Origin: Lingula anatina
Taxonomy: Eukaryota; Animalia; Brachiopoda
Direction of reading: 5' to 3'
Assembly: GCA_051362555.1 (NCBI GenBank)
Contig: CM120643.1
Coordinates: forward strand, 22,386,848-22,450,847
DNA length: 64,000 nt
Part shown: positions 34,686 to 48,358 of the stretch, piece by piece
Position numbering within the stretch: the first letter of the stretch is position 1
Layout of the letters: each line of letters begins with the position of its first letter
The notes under the pieces: generated by a model
Told to the model about the DNA's origin: nothing
The model's database searches: none
The model's input: only the letters and a program-made list of their open reading frames with translations
Made by a program: the position numbers and the translations under genes

Positions 34686-36790
34686 TTAATTAACAACTAG
34701 GATATGTAAAATTTGACCTACACGTATACCTTCATCTAAATCCATTCAGTAAATATCACACTTGGGGTTCACTTGCAACGGCTGATCCAGGCGCGTCCCT
34801 CCCTCCCTTTGTTTCTGCAGTATAGTCCCTTCCCTACCTTTTCGACCAAAATAGTATATATAACCAACAGAACCCAACATAAGCAATAACTGCATGTGTT
34901 AAGATGCTTCATGGTGTATGACCACTTCACAGGATAAATGCAATGAATTCACTGAGTGACAAATCCAATTCATAAGATAGAATGCAACTTTATCTTCAAA
35001 TAAGATGTTACCTGTGGCTTCAAGGGATAATGGTGATAAAGTCTCTATTGCAAACCCAAGTATGTTTTGAAAGATAACGGTTTTTGAAAAATCATGTTTT
35101 TGTGTTGTATATATTATCCAACAAAGGTAAGCTGTACACTTTAATTATATTTTCGAACATGTGACTGAAAGGATTTTTGTATAAACGCGAGTATACTATT
35201 GGGTGTATCTCTTGAAAATACACGAGCATACATGTATGTAGGTGTGGATCCACGATTTCTGAAAGGTCATGTCAGAGTATCAGTAGGCTCTTGAATTATA
35301 AGATGAATAAATAATTTAATATTAGGGTTAAAAAAAAAAGCAGTGAAGGTACATAACTGTATGCTACAATTGCCTTGATCAAGTTTTAATTGCATCCTAA
35401 AAAGACTAATTTCCATGATTATAATTATTATAACTTATGTCCCATAAAGTAGTAATTTTAAATATCACTAAGTCGCCTGAAGGTCCTTAGTTTTTAACCA
35501 ATGAAGTCTCTTATCATGAAGTGGTAATGCTTATCCCATGAAGTGGTAACATACTACGAATAAAGTGTCTTAACACATCCTACATTTTAGAACAAAATTG
35601 TCCTTATGTATATTATTTTATAGATAAAATCCAAGATAACCAGGCCAACTTTGCTGTAAAATGTAGGATAAGCTCACACGCAAATCCATGTGTTGCTGCT
35701 AATCTAAATTAAGCAAAAACCTGAATCAGCCAGTGAATAGCCCAGAAATTATTACCAATCAGAAGAATATATAGGCAAACTTCTTGAATATTTGTGTTTT
35801 CTCTTGATTAAATATATGCAATATGATATATATTTGAAATATATACTTTTAAATTCAGTAAATTTATACACAGGGGATTTCTTTGTACCTGCTTAATCAA
35901 TGGCATGTGAAATTGCAATTCTTATTTGTTACAGTTCTGATTCCTTGCTTTCTGTTGCCATTTAACAGCCACTGGTTAAGACATAATTAAAACTACATGC
36001 ACTTGCCTGATCTGTTATATTTTCAAAGGTTAATTTGACTGACAAAATTAACCGCTTCTAAATCGAGCAGGCTGAAAATACCTGATATGTGATATGTACA
36101 TTTTATTAAAATTACCATTTTTTTCCTAAGGATTTCCATCAATGAACTTTTTTTTTTTTTGGTCAAAACTAAATTTATCATATTAATAAAATACATATTC
36201 GCCAAGTTATTACATTCTGAAAGTATCAGGTACAAAGTTTAATCCCTGGTGTTTAGTCACATGATGAATATAATCCGTGTGATATTGAGAAAAATTATAA
36301 CTGCCTGCCTTTAATTCAAGTATCCCCAGGTACAGTAAACAGACAGACTCATTTATACATGCACATGATGAACTAATTGCATGGGTGAAAGTTTTCAGGA
36401 TTATGCCAAATTTCAAGATTTTCAGTCTCCGTTTTGATTGTATTTTTCATATGGTCTATATGCTTTTAGAAATTGCTATTTACACTTCCAGTATTTTCAG
36501 TTTTAACAAATTTTACCCAGACAATTGACTTCTAAGTGTTTTACCCCCCAACACCCATTCAGCTTTGCAGGGGAATTGTATGGTCTAGAATACTTATTGT
36601 TTTAGTTTTTACTCTAAGGAGCTGCATGATTAGCATATCCACACTTGAAAATGTTCAAAATTAAGACATGATTCTTTCTCAAATTGTTTTTTTTTTTAAT
36701 GGAAAATTTAACTTGATGGGAAAATTCTGGAGAGGATACTTAATTTAAATAAACTTTTGGAAATTGTGCAGCAAGAAACTGACTTCCATC

Positions 36791-39700
36791 TTAGGCTGAA
36801 ATATCATCATCTTTACTGGGTGTTGTCGTGGACCTCTTCTCATGAGTGTCACCTCCAGATTTCCTCTGAAAGTGAGCAAAGTTTAATATTGGAAACTGGT
36901 ATTTATGCGCAGGCCTGTAGCCAGGGGGATTCAGGGGGTTCGAAAGAACCGCCCCTTTTGCTGGGAAAAGGTCCACTCTGGGTAAAATTTGATCTAGGTA
37001 CATGAAGTATATATGGGGAAAGGTCCACTTTTTCCGAAAAAGAACCCCCCTTTTGAAATTACTGGCTACGGGCCTGATGCGTCACCATTTACTCATATTT
37101 ATTCATATTGTTGCCAAAGTTTTATGGGAACATGAATAAATGGTGGCACATTTCTAGTTAACGGTTATGTTTAGATGCAAGTAGCACAAAAGTATGAGAT
37201 GCATTCGAGTTGAATTCTGGCTCATTTGAGACACATTTGGAACATCTTGGCCAGATATGAAGTATCTTGCCATTTTGGTTTTCTTTCAAATAAGGTCAGA
37301 ATGTTTTAAATGCTAGTGGAATGCTGTAAGAATTGTATTATAAAGCAGTTATAGTGCAGTACGTAAGAATGCATTTCAAATATCCAGGAATATACAAAGA
37401 ATTATCATTCCAATGTTATTCTAGCTCATTCCACCTCCAGCATGACCAGGGTATTAGTCTTGGTGATTGTTGATAGAACCATTTTAATCTTGGTGATTCG
37501 AAGGGGGGGGGGGGTATTCTCCACCCTCTAAAAAGTCTCGCACTAAATAAAAAAATTTCTGGTCAAATTCTATTTTTTTTTTTTTTAATGCTGAATTCTA
37601 TTTTTTTTTTTTTTTTTGCTGAATTCTGTTTAAGATTTGGCTTGTACAAAAAAAATTCTTCAGTCACTTATGTTACAATAAGTATAGTAATTAATATTAT
37701 TATTATTGCTTAATTTCAGTTTAAAATATTGTATACCACTGAAGTCCTATAAAAAGAAGCCTTACGGTTTCCAGAAAAAAAGGAAAAACATAAGAAAGTT
37801 GGAAAAAAGTGATAAATATTTATACATGTACATGTACCTTGGTCACATGCTCTGTGTAGTCAGGCCTGGTATGGGTTCCAGGGTCAGTGCTAAACCTTCC
37901 CCGTGGCTCTCTCAAAGGTGACCACTCTGGTCCAGAAGAGGGACAAGGTAGCCATCCTTCTCCAGAAGATGTCCAAGGCATTTCCTGTGTCTCTGAGGAA
38001 GAAGCCTGGCCACTGCTGGTTTGGTCAGAGTCACTGCCTGGAGTAAAGTTGGAAAAAAGTGATAAATATTTAGCAAGCAATCCTTAATAAAGCATGTGAA
38101 CATATTTAAATGTATGTCCTAAAGGCCATCTATAATTAAAAGGCTATAGATTTACCATGGCTGGCAGTTTGTCCCTTTTGGTTCAAAAGCTGGGCACAGT
38201 TCTCTTTCTCCAAGACACCTGATTCACCACCTGTAGCAACATCATCACACACCTCTAAATGGAGATAAATTTTAAAAATAAATGAAAGGGGCATGTTATA
38301 ATTTTGTGGTGCTTATTGTCTCGATCATTAACTATCCAAAAAGGTACAATTATATTTGTGTCCTAAAAAGACCAGATATAAAAGACCAGATTTACAGTAA
38401 CCTTATGACTCTATCATTCCAATGGGGAACTTTTTTAATAACGTAATTTTTGAATCATCAATGATTCGTTTGTGTAGCTTTGTGGGTGCTTTTACTGTAA
38501 AGAACAGTACTAGAACCTGTCAAACTAGCCAAGTTTTTAGCTTTGTAATACAACAATTTTTTTAAAAAAATAATATCTGCCTTTAAAAAATGGTATCAAA
38601 TAGATTTACAATTTTCCCCATTGAAAAGATGTAGTCATTACCGTGAGCAATAAAATGTGCAATATTTTGTACCTTTTCACTTAAGAAATGAAACTGAATA
38701 GGGTCTGTTTCATTAGCTGCAGACAACTTATTATTATTATAATATTTATTCATTTTTTGTACATAATTTTGTAATGAATTTGCATCTCTGAAACATGTAT
38801 CTTACATTTCTTTATATGTATTCAACTTATAAATTTTTGAAGCAATAATATGCACTAAGATTAGTTGGATAATTTGTCTTGCTAACCTTTCCTTGCTGTT
38901 TGTTCCTTGTTGTTAAAAAAATGGGCCCAGTTCTCTTTCTCCTTGACACCTTCTGTCACCACTGATTCCATGCCAGCAACATTATCACATTCAACTAAAA
39001 ATGAGTAAAACATGAAGGTACATGTATTTATGTCCTAAAGTCTTGGTATACAAAAAACTATATTCTAAACAATAAAATGCACAAATCCTTTTCTGCTTAA
39101 GAACCTTAAATTCAAATGGGTACATTTTATTTAGCTATAGACAACTTATTAATTTGTAACAATTATTTGTACAAAATTTAGATCATTCATTTGCATTGCT
39201 AACCTTTCCTTGCTGTTTGTTCCTCGTTGTTCAAAAACTGGGCCCAGTTCTCATTCTCCTTGACACCTTCTGCCACAACTGATTCCATGCCAGCAACATT
39301 GTCACATACAACTTAAGATAAGTCAAAAATGAAAGGTACATGTATTTATGTCCTAAAGTCTTGGTATACAAAAGACTATATTTTAAACAATAAAATGCAC
39401 AAATCCTTGTCTGCTTAAGATCCAAAAAATCAAATGGGTACATTTCATTTAGATGTAGACAATGTATTAATTTGTAACAATTATTTGTACAAAATTTGGT
39501 TGAATCATTTGCGTTGCTAACCTTGCCTGGCCGTTTGTTCCTTATTGTTCAAAAACTGAGCACAGTTCTCTTTCTCCTTGACACCTTCTGTCACCACCGA
39601 TTCCATGCCAGCAATATCATCAAATACAACTAAAAATGAGTCAAAATGAAAGGTACATGTATTTATGTCCTAAATGCTTGGTATATAAAAGAGTAGATTT

Positions 39701-42700
39701 TTAACAATTAAATGTGCAATTAAATCACATTTATCTTTATGTATTCAACTTATAAATTTTTGAAGCAATAATATGCACAAAGATTAGTTGGATAATTTGT
39801 CTTGCTAACCTTTCCTTGCTGTTTGTTCCTTGTTGTTCAAAAACTGGGCCCAGTTCTCTTTCTCCTTGACACCTTCTGCCACAACTGATTCCATGCCAGC
39901 AACATTGTCACATACAACTAAAGATAAGTCAAAAATGAAAGGTACATGTATTTATGTCCTAAAGTCTTGGTATACAAAAGACTATATTTTAAACAATAAA
40001 ATGCACAAAGCCTTGTCTGCTTAAGAACCAAAAAATCAAATGGGTACATTTCGTTTAGCTGTAGACTACTTATTAATTTTATTTTTAATTAATTTGTAAC
40101 AATTATTTGTACAAAATTTGGTTCAGACATTTGGGTTGCTAACCTTGCCTTGCCGTTTCTTCCTTGTTGTTCAAAAACTGAGCACAGTTCTCTTTCTCCT
40201 TGACACCTTCTGTCACCACTGATTCCATGCCAGCAACATTATCACATTCAACTAAAAATGAGTCAAACATGAAAGGTACATGTATATATTTATGTCCTTA
40301 ATGCTTGGTATATAAAAGAGTAGATTTTTAACAATAAAATGTGCAATTAAATCACTATTTGAGATTTTTTTCTGTTCAGCTGAAAATTTAAACTTAAATC
40401 CATTTATCTATATGTATATTCAACTTAAAAACTTTTGAAACATTTATATGCAAGAAGATTATTTGGATAATTTGTCTTGCTAACCTTTCCTTGCTGTTTG
40501 TTCATTATTGTTCAAAAACTGAGCACAGGGTTCTTTCTCCTTGACACCTTCTGTCACAACTGATTTACTGCCAGCATCATTCTCACATACAACTAAAGAT
40601 AAGTCAAAAGTTAATGAATGAAAGGGGCATGATCAAATATTGTTATGTTGAATAATGTCTCATTTTTATTTGAAAAAAAAATGCAGTCACATTCATCAAA
40701 CTTCAAAACTTGGTATTAAATACTAAGATTCACCTTTCATGAATGTTTGAAAAAATTAAAATAGAAATAAGTCAAAAAAGGCACATGAATTTGTGTCCTC
40801 CAATCTTGGGAAATTAAAGAGTAGGATTTTAACAATGGTATTTGCTAATCAGTAATTATGATATATATTTTGATCTGCTGCTGAAATGAAAATTTTCATT
40901 CTAACTTTATTCCATTAAGCTATATGTGACTCATTAATTTTTTTAAACATTTATATACACAGAATTGAGTTGGATCATTTGCTTGCTAACCTTTCCTGGC
41001 TGTTTGTTGGTTCAAAAACTGAGCACAGTTCTCTTTCTCCTTGACCCATTCTGTCTCACCTGATACACTGCCAGCAACATCACCACACGCATCTAAAGTC
41101 AAAAATATATAATGGCAATTAAGGAGATGTATAAAATATTTTGATGTTATTTTTTACATGTCTATAATTTAAGGTCTGGTACTAGTCATATTAAAAACAA
41201 AGGTATGATATGAAGAGCGCTTTTCATAAAAATTCCCTTTATCCAGTTAATCTATTCGACAACATGAAACAACTCAATTGGTTTGCTTTGGTAAGCCCTA
41301 CAGATAAATTAAAAGGACCTCATCAGAATTTACTATAAAAAGAGATTTTATTTTTTTATTCAAAGTCCATAGATGCATTATATATCTGCACAGAAGAATG
41401 TTTCACAAGATAATTCCCTTGAATATTAATTCTGGTGGATATAAAAGTTCAGTGTACACAACACAAAAGGTAGTTTTACTTGCTGAGTGGTACCTGTATT
41501 AGCTATTGCATGAACACCAACAGACTGCTCAGTCAATCCCCATAAGATTCTCACTTCAAAAGCAGAACTTTGCTCAAAAACTGATTTCTCCAAAACCTTC
41601 AACACTCTTGGTTCCTACAGTCATGCAAAAGAAATACACATTTCCATTTTAAGTTCTATACATGCATATACAATTTTATGTGAAAGATGCCATTATCTAC
41701 ATCAATGTTCAATATATAACAAGAAAATTATCTATTCATTCCTTTAAAAAAATTTATCACAAATATAAAAAAAACAGTATGTTCCTGAACAATTAATACA
41801 CATAGCTCTTTAAAAAAATTGGACCGTGTCAATCAATTACACTCACTGTCTTTAAAAGTGGACTGCCAATTCAAGATCATATTTACCAAGTTTGCACTAC
41901 ATGTTTTCCAGTTTTCTGCAGTCAAAGGAAAATCACACAATTCATTGACCCGCTCGGCAGGAAAGGGTCTAGGCAACAGCAGTTGAATAGTTAGTTTGGT
42001 GCAACGCAAAACATCCAGCACTGCTTGCCCGTCTGTTAAAGGACACATCTTGTTCAAGTTAATGAACACAGTATTCAACGTGTTTGGGTTCATCAGAATG
42101 TCACCAACTGAAAATGATTCAGTTAACTATTAATATAAGCAGTTGAAGTTGATAATAATGCCAGCTTTTGTGCAACAAATCATTTGAAATAAAAGCAAAA
42201 TCATGATTACAGAATATATACATGTATATACGTACTGGTGTGCATATATAGTGTGGACCTGCATGTGCGTTGCAAATACAGAACACTTTACATATATTTT
42301 CAAAGAGTTATATATATACACTGCAAAGTCTACAATGTATGTACATTTTATGTATACTTATACCACGAGTGGAACTTCAAACAATAGGATAATTGCACTT
42401 GTACTTCGCATACAGGTTTGCCTGCATTTTTATACGCTTCGGAGTGTTGATCCTGTTGTCTGAAGCCCCAGCCGTGGTATTAAGTCAGTTACAATTAACT
42501 ATACTCATCACCCACTGTATGTGACATACAAGAGCGTATTATATCTGGGCTGTGCCTCAATATAATTACATCCTTATATGTCACATACAGTGGATGACTC
42601 GTGTTGTAACTTTATATAGTACTATACACTGTAAAAACTGCAGTTTTATTTTTCCGAAAAAAGATGGTTGAGGCCCCGTTGTGCTTGTATAGTCATGCCA

Positions 42701-45700
42701 TGCAGTTGAACAATTCATACAGCGCATTGCCAATAATTGAGGAATATTCTAATTGGTTCAGACACTTGATTGATTTTTTTTAAATTTAATAACTTGTTTT
42801 TAAGTTAAACAAGATCTGTCTTGATTATGAAAAATTTGAATCTCCTAATAAATCCAAAAACCATATTAAATAATAGAGTGGCATTTTTCTCCATGAATTA
42901 AGACAGGTTATGTACCTTGTTGAGGAAGGTTGAGATGATAACATTGGAAAATTGATTTGATTACTTGTTAAAAGGGTCTACCATGCATTTATGCATACCT
43001 ATCAAATGCAAAAAAGAAGAGCTCTCTAGCATTAACGGTTCCAGAATTAGAGAGAGCTTTCTGTTTTGGCATCTAATTGGCCGCTGCTCCAGTGAAAATG
43101 CACCGATTGACCCCAAACTCACGGAGATGAAAGATTTCCTGAAGGGTAACACCTGCCAATAATATTATAGGTTAGGTCTATGTAGTTTTTGAATATCAGT
43201 GCAAATATATTTTTTTAAATTTTGGCCCGTTTCACCTTCAAATAAAGGTCAAAGGTCAAATCCAAGGGCATATATTTGAAATCTCCACATATGACTTTCC
43301 ATCAGCCGTCTGTAGAAATTTTTCCCAATATTCCTTCGGTATGGTAGATAATTAGGATTTAATTTTGCCAATTTTGGACAAGGGTGCATTGCAATGAGTG
43401 CCACACCTAGACCCAAGCACCAACAAAGTCCAAATTTTACCTGGATCAAGTTGAGATTATACGTGACCTAAATCCAAGAGATAGGTAGACAGGCCCTTAT
43501 AGTCTAAAAGGAGAAGCGGTAACGGTAACATGCCGGTGGAGCCAGCGGAACCAGCGGAGCTGGCAGAACGATCCGGATGGGACTAAGACCATGCATGTAC
43601 CGCCAGCGCCTACGCTGGTGGTACAATAATGATCGAAGGCCTTCTATGGCACTCACGGCTGACAGGACCAGGGCTGATCCTTTTCCTGTGAAAGGTTGCC
43701 AATTTGGTCCACATAGAGGTGATGACAGCAAAAAGCTTTTCATGACTAAAAACACTGTTGATACGCCAGTCTATGACACCCTGCCATAACAAAGCTGCAA
43801 AGAAAAATTGGCATCTTTTTTCTTCCTTTGCAAGTCTCAAAAATGAACTGAATTGAAAATGTTACATACAATTTATTTCAAACTGAGAATTATCAAATTA
43901 TCATTGCCTAAAAATGTTAACTTCCAAGTTTACTACATGTACATGCAGCTATGGACAGATCAGAACATGATTAAGAGAATAAAAGATCAATGAAAGCAAA
44001 ATTCTGATGAACAATTTTTGATAAGTATGATTACTGTTTGTAAACATACAATATCCCTAAATGGTGGTTGCATTTATCAATATAATTAATCAATGAATAT
44101 ATATATATATGCACAGTAATAGCTTGAAATTGCTGCTTAAGATACTTTTTCGCCCTTAACATCTTTTTTTTATATTTGGAGGCTGAAATTTACTTGAGAA
44201 ATATGTATCACTTACCCTCCATGCTTGGATATAAAAAGAAGATCATGCTGCAGTCTACTGTCATGAATACACAACCGAAGACAAATTCCAAACTGCCATA
44301 TATAACAAGGAATTTTGCCAACAAAATCAGCATTCTTTTGCTGCAGATCTGAAAAGATTTAGGCAAATAATTAAGATATTGTATTGTATTGTCATCGTAT
44401 TCTGTCTAAATTGTATAATGTGTAATTGAAAATTGGATTTAATTTGACTTAAATAAGTACTGTACTTTTTTAATCAATTATCTGGGATGCATGATATGGG
44501 TGTGTTCACAATGAAATTATCATATTAGGTAGTTCAAACTAACTCCACATCGACTCTCAATGAATGCAATCAGAGAAAGAGAAAAAACACACATCTTAAT
44601 TCCTGGTGTTAATTAGAATACAGAAAAGCTGGTGATTTTAGGGCAGCTGATTAGAGTATGACCTCATTCAGAATGGGGGACTATAACTAATCCTAGGGTC
44701 AAATATGCATGGCGACCCACTACAAAGCTTGCCATCTAATCTGCTAATAGACCAGACATGAGCCCAACTTAAAAAAAAAAAAACTCTAAACATTTATTGT
44801 GAAACCAAACAACTTACATAATATTTTGGGGTTTAATTGCTCTGGGGTCATGTAAAAATGTGGAATTCTGTGATTCCACAGAAAAAGCTCATGTCTGATA
44901 GACTCTGAATAGATATCCATTGGGGAAGTATTCAAGTGGGTTGGCCATATTTGACCCTTGGACTATAGTTATAGTTCCCTATTCTGAATGGGGCCTACGT
45001 TGGAAACAAGAGAAGGCATGTTCATCTGATGGTATTCAGTGAGAGTGCCTTCAGAGTTAGTTCAAAATACCTACTACAAAAGTCCCATTGTGAACACACC
45101 CTAAATGCAACAAACCTTGACTTTGTAAAGCTGCTGCCCAGGAGAAGGACCTGATATCAGTTCTGCAGGCACTTTTCCTGATATGTCATCCCCTATTAGG
45201 TTGACATATTTTTTTTGAGGACCATAATTATATGTATCAACTGGTAATTCACAATTATCAGTGCTAAATTCCTGAAAAACATGCAACAAAAACATCTTAT
45301 TGAATTTTTACTGTTTGTGCATGCACTCGATCATGCAGGCACACACAGACACACACACACACACACACACATACTGCGCCATTATACAATTTCAATCATT
45401 AAAAATAAATATTATTTATTTGGTGTTTTTATAAGCAGCTGTGGAAACTAGTGCAACTAAATACTGATCATATTCTTTTGAGATAATTTACTACTGCTTA
45501 GTTTTGGTCCTCTAAATGTAATGTGCTTCTTTAAAAACAAGACTAAAAAACAATTGACAATCATTTTAGCATTTATAATTTAAGTAAATATATAAATACG
45601 AAATTACACTTACAGTTAAATGTATTTGTTTATTTTCTTTTGCCTCAGCAAAAATATCTGCAACTCTACTGCAGCACTCTTGGAAAGATTCTTCTGTTTG

Positions 45701-45748
45701 TTTTTGTTCTGCATGCTGAAGTTTTTCTATCAGGTGGTCATGCATCAT
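36791..45748 (-). CDS. Uncharacterised ~675-aa protein: N-terminal degenerate protein-kinase-like domain, 8 exon-encoded tandem repeats, Ser/Pro-rich tail
   Basis: Hand-built model with continuous frame. Exons 45748-45614, 45271-45116, 44348-44216, 43794-43657, 42107-41887, 41614-41494; repeat exons 41092-40991, 40592-40485, 40251-40144, 39917-39810, 39629-39522, 39311-39204, 38994-38887, 38254-38156; then 38037-37838 and 36865-36791 (TAA). All introns GT-AG. Probable 5'UTR exon ends at 46982 in a CpG-rich patch. Confidence 0.7.
36910..37076. mobile_element. MITE with CAGGCC(C/T)GTAGCCAG TIRs and 5-bp TSD
   Basis: caggcctgtagccag / ctggctacgggcctg. ATGCG at 36905-36909 and 37077-37081. Confidence 0.85.
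38156..41092 (-). repeat. Tandem array of 8 exon+intron duplication units
   Basis: cagttctctttctccttgacacc and its flanking intron sequence recur at spacings of ~290-730 bp. Confidence 0.95.
42487..42610. mobile_element. Small hairpin MITE-like inverted repeat
   Basis: agttacaa...ccactgtatgtgacata / tatgtcacatacagtgg...ttgtaact. Confidence 0.6.
43170..43629 (-). mobile_element. Helentron/HINE-type fragment, family C (3' boundary uncertain)
   Basis: Minus-strand 5' end ttat-tgtaccaccagcg-tagg-cgctggcggtaca (13-bp hairpin, 1 mismatch), short GC-rich microrepeats, and a tgacctttgacc core motif. Confidence 0.5.
44498..45101. mobile_element. PIF/Harbinger-like MITE with internal inverted repeat
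   Basis: Perfect 16-bp TIR gggtgtgttcacaatg / cattgtgaacacaccc, flanked by TAT / TAA. Internal IR ~44660-44708 vs ~44945-44995. Confidence 0.75.
45340..45371. repeat. (CA)n microsatellite
   Basis: Direct reading of the sequence. Confidence 0.9.
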
Positions 45749-45889
45749 CAATTCTATACCTGCAGCATATTTTGTATTTGGTATGTAAAGCTGGAATTTG
45801 GAGGTAAACTTGATTAATATCAAAAGATTGTCAAAATCAGAGAAGAATGTTATCAGCTGTGCTACTGAGTATAATATGTTAGAAGAATA

Positions 45890-46277
45890 GGTTACATCCC
45901 TATACGTCCCGATACTCCCCCGCACTGATACATCCCCGCACCAGTTATACTCCCCTGCACCGATACTCCCCCGCACTGACACTCCCCCTCAGGATCGAAG
46001 CAAGGAAGCAATAATGTGGGGGAGTATCGGTGTAGGGGAGTAACGATGCGCCTACATCAGCAATTTTACTGGGGATGTATCGGTGTGGGGTCATATTGAT
46101 GCACATCATACACAGAAATTTACTAATTAAGGGGGGATTATTGGTGCGGGATCTATCTGTGTGGGCTTGTATCGATGCACATAATACACAGAAATTTACT
46201 AATTAAGGGGGAATTATTGGTGCGAGGCAGTATCATAGCGGGGGAGTAACGGTTTAGGGGAGTATCAACTTGACCCC
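45890..46277. mobile_element. Foldback-like non-autonomous DNA element with subterminal repeats
   Basis: Repeated gatactcccc(c)gcac on the left, inverted ggggagtatc on the right, a ~62-bp internal duplication, flanked by gaagaata / gaagaatt (candidate 8-bp TSD). Confidence 0.6.
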
Positions 46278-46293
46278 GAAGAATTAATAGAGT

Positions 46294-46466
46294 AATTTTT
46301 TTTCAATCAACAGCCAATTAAATATTTAAATTGTTTACCCCCAATATTTTGATGTCTATCTATGTTTGCCTGGATAGCCCCATTCCCTGATGAAGATACT
46401 CTGGCAGACATCAAAATATTGAAGGTAAACAATTTCAATAATTAGCTGTTGATTGAAGAAAAATTT
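46294..46466. mobile_element. Hairpin MITE
   Basis: ttcaatcaacagc.aatta...aaattgtttacc..caatattttgatgtct / agacatcaaaatattg..ggtaaacaattt...taattagctgttgattgaa. Confidence 0.75.
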
Positions 46467-47388
46467 GCTTAATTCTGATTGTCAAAATGTTTTCTATGTT
46501 TTTTAAGCATTATAATCTTATATACATTAGTGTAATCCCCAGTCCTCTGTGGCAACTGGCAGGAAATGTGCACAAAGTTTAGATATGTATTATATATATA
46601 TGATTCTACATTGGCACTGACAACGCCTGGATATCTGGGATATCAAGGAACTGAAGGAAGGGAGACCGACATATTTTGTCTACCTTCCACACCCCCTTTT
46701 GAACATTAATAATATTTAATGTACATCTGTTATTCAGATGTGATTTTGGGTATTATTAGACCGTTGTGGAACAAAGGTCAATTTCACTATCATGTGTTGA
46801 TAAACCCGATATTTTGTTATAGGAAAACCTATGCAGCTTTATGTGTAACTGTACAATGTACACCAAGGCAAAATTAAGAAAGCAAAAGTGAAACTGGAAG
46901 ATCCCATAATAAATACTCCCAGAATGCAGCTTTGTCTAATTCCGTGCTACTGTTATGAGTGAGACAAAAAAAACTACTCACCTAATATCCCAGGAAGTAT
47001 CCGGAAATAAGGGTTTTAAAGCCAAATGAGTGGAAAATGAAACCTCTCGCTCGTATGGGGGATTTTTTTTAGCTGTCACGTGTCGGTAAATGTTTTGATC
47101 CGTTGCTAACATTGACCTTTGGTGACGTGTGCACCCCACGCACGACGGTCAACTTAAATTAACCCGGAAGCTATATTAAACTACTCTAGACTACCATACT
47201 TGCTGGCCATAACGCAAAAAAATAAAAAAAAAACCCGAAAAATATCTACATCGGTAAAGTTTTTTCAAACGAATTTCATAGAACCGCCATATACATGTAG
47301 GCTACCTCCATAGAGACGATATAATAAGGCACAGGTACATGAGCTAGGTGACCATATTTTATTATATCCGTTTTAGAAATACGTGTAA

Positions 47389-48358
47389 TTTTTATGTACA
47401 GACACAGATGTGTCTGTACATATTGCCATCACCTGCGTCTGTCGTCGCCGTCGCCGTCGCCGTCGCCGATCATGTCGCCGTCGCCGTCGCCGTGCACTTT
47501 CAGCGTTAACACCATAAGTGGAAGACAGTTTTACTTTTTGGCTTTATATTTACAGAGCTGACTAATATTCATAAAATGCAGGTCAAGTTCGAAAATCAGC
47601 ATGATCGGGCCATATTTGTAGAATTTATCCTGTTTTTTCACTTTTTAGCATATATGCAACACTGTTAACACATTTCAAGAAAAACCGATAGGCCTGTTGT
47701 CATGAAACTCACAGGAGTTGTCAATCTTACTAAAATGCAGATCAAGTTCGAAAATCGGCATGATCGGGCCACTATTTTAGTAGTTATGCTGTTTTTTCAC
47801 TTTTCAGCATATGTGCAACACTGTTAACACATTTCAAGGAAAACCGATAGACCTGTTGTCATGAAACTCACAGGAGTAATCAATCTTACTAAAACGCAGG
47901 TCAAGTTCGAAAATAAGCATAATCGGGCCATTATTTTATAAGTTATGCTGTTTTTTCACATTTCCTCATATTCAATTCTTAGGCATGTTAACAGTCTCAT
48001 TATTGAACTAATAAGATACGTAAAAGTGTTTGTTTGACATTTCCTGCATCTTTACAACATTGTTAGTTGATTATGTAAAAATGATGGTAAACTTGTTATC
48101 ATGTATTGTATAATAGAGTTTCAAAAATGGAAATAAACTCATATCATTGCAGTTTGTCAGATTCATTCATTCACTATGTTCAGAAAGTCAGAATGGAGGA
48201 AATTGGACATTAAACACTGTTCTATTGATATTTTTCCCATCTCATCAATTTTCTTAGTTGATCATATATAAATGGCAGTAAATTGTTAATTTTGTTATAT
48301 GTTAAAAAATTGTTAAAAATGGAAAAAAAAAAACATTTCAGGACAGTGCTGTCTTGTT
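47389..48358 (+). mobile_element. Helentron/HINE family A, copy 3 (short form)
   Basis: Intact 5' hairpin, (gtcgcc)n and three 159-bp units. Similarity to the other copies stops at gacagtgctgtcttgtt. Confidence 0.85.

Noticed and set aside
38156-41092. CRISPR-like repeat-spacer appearance
   Set aside because: Eukaryotic locus. Repeats are ~108-nt exons with splice sites, the spacers are homologous introns, and there are no cas genes.
42915-43140. Two apparent extra exons (16 nt and 83 nt) suggesting the 36.8-45.7 kb gene is a pseudogene
   Set aside because: They contain or create stops and sit beside a HINE-type insertion. Skipping them (43657>42107) gives a continuous frame.
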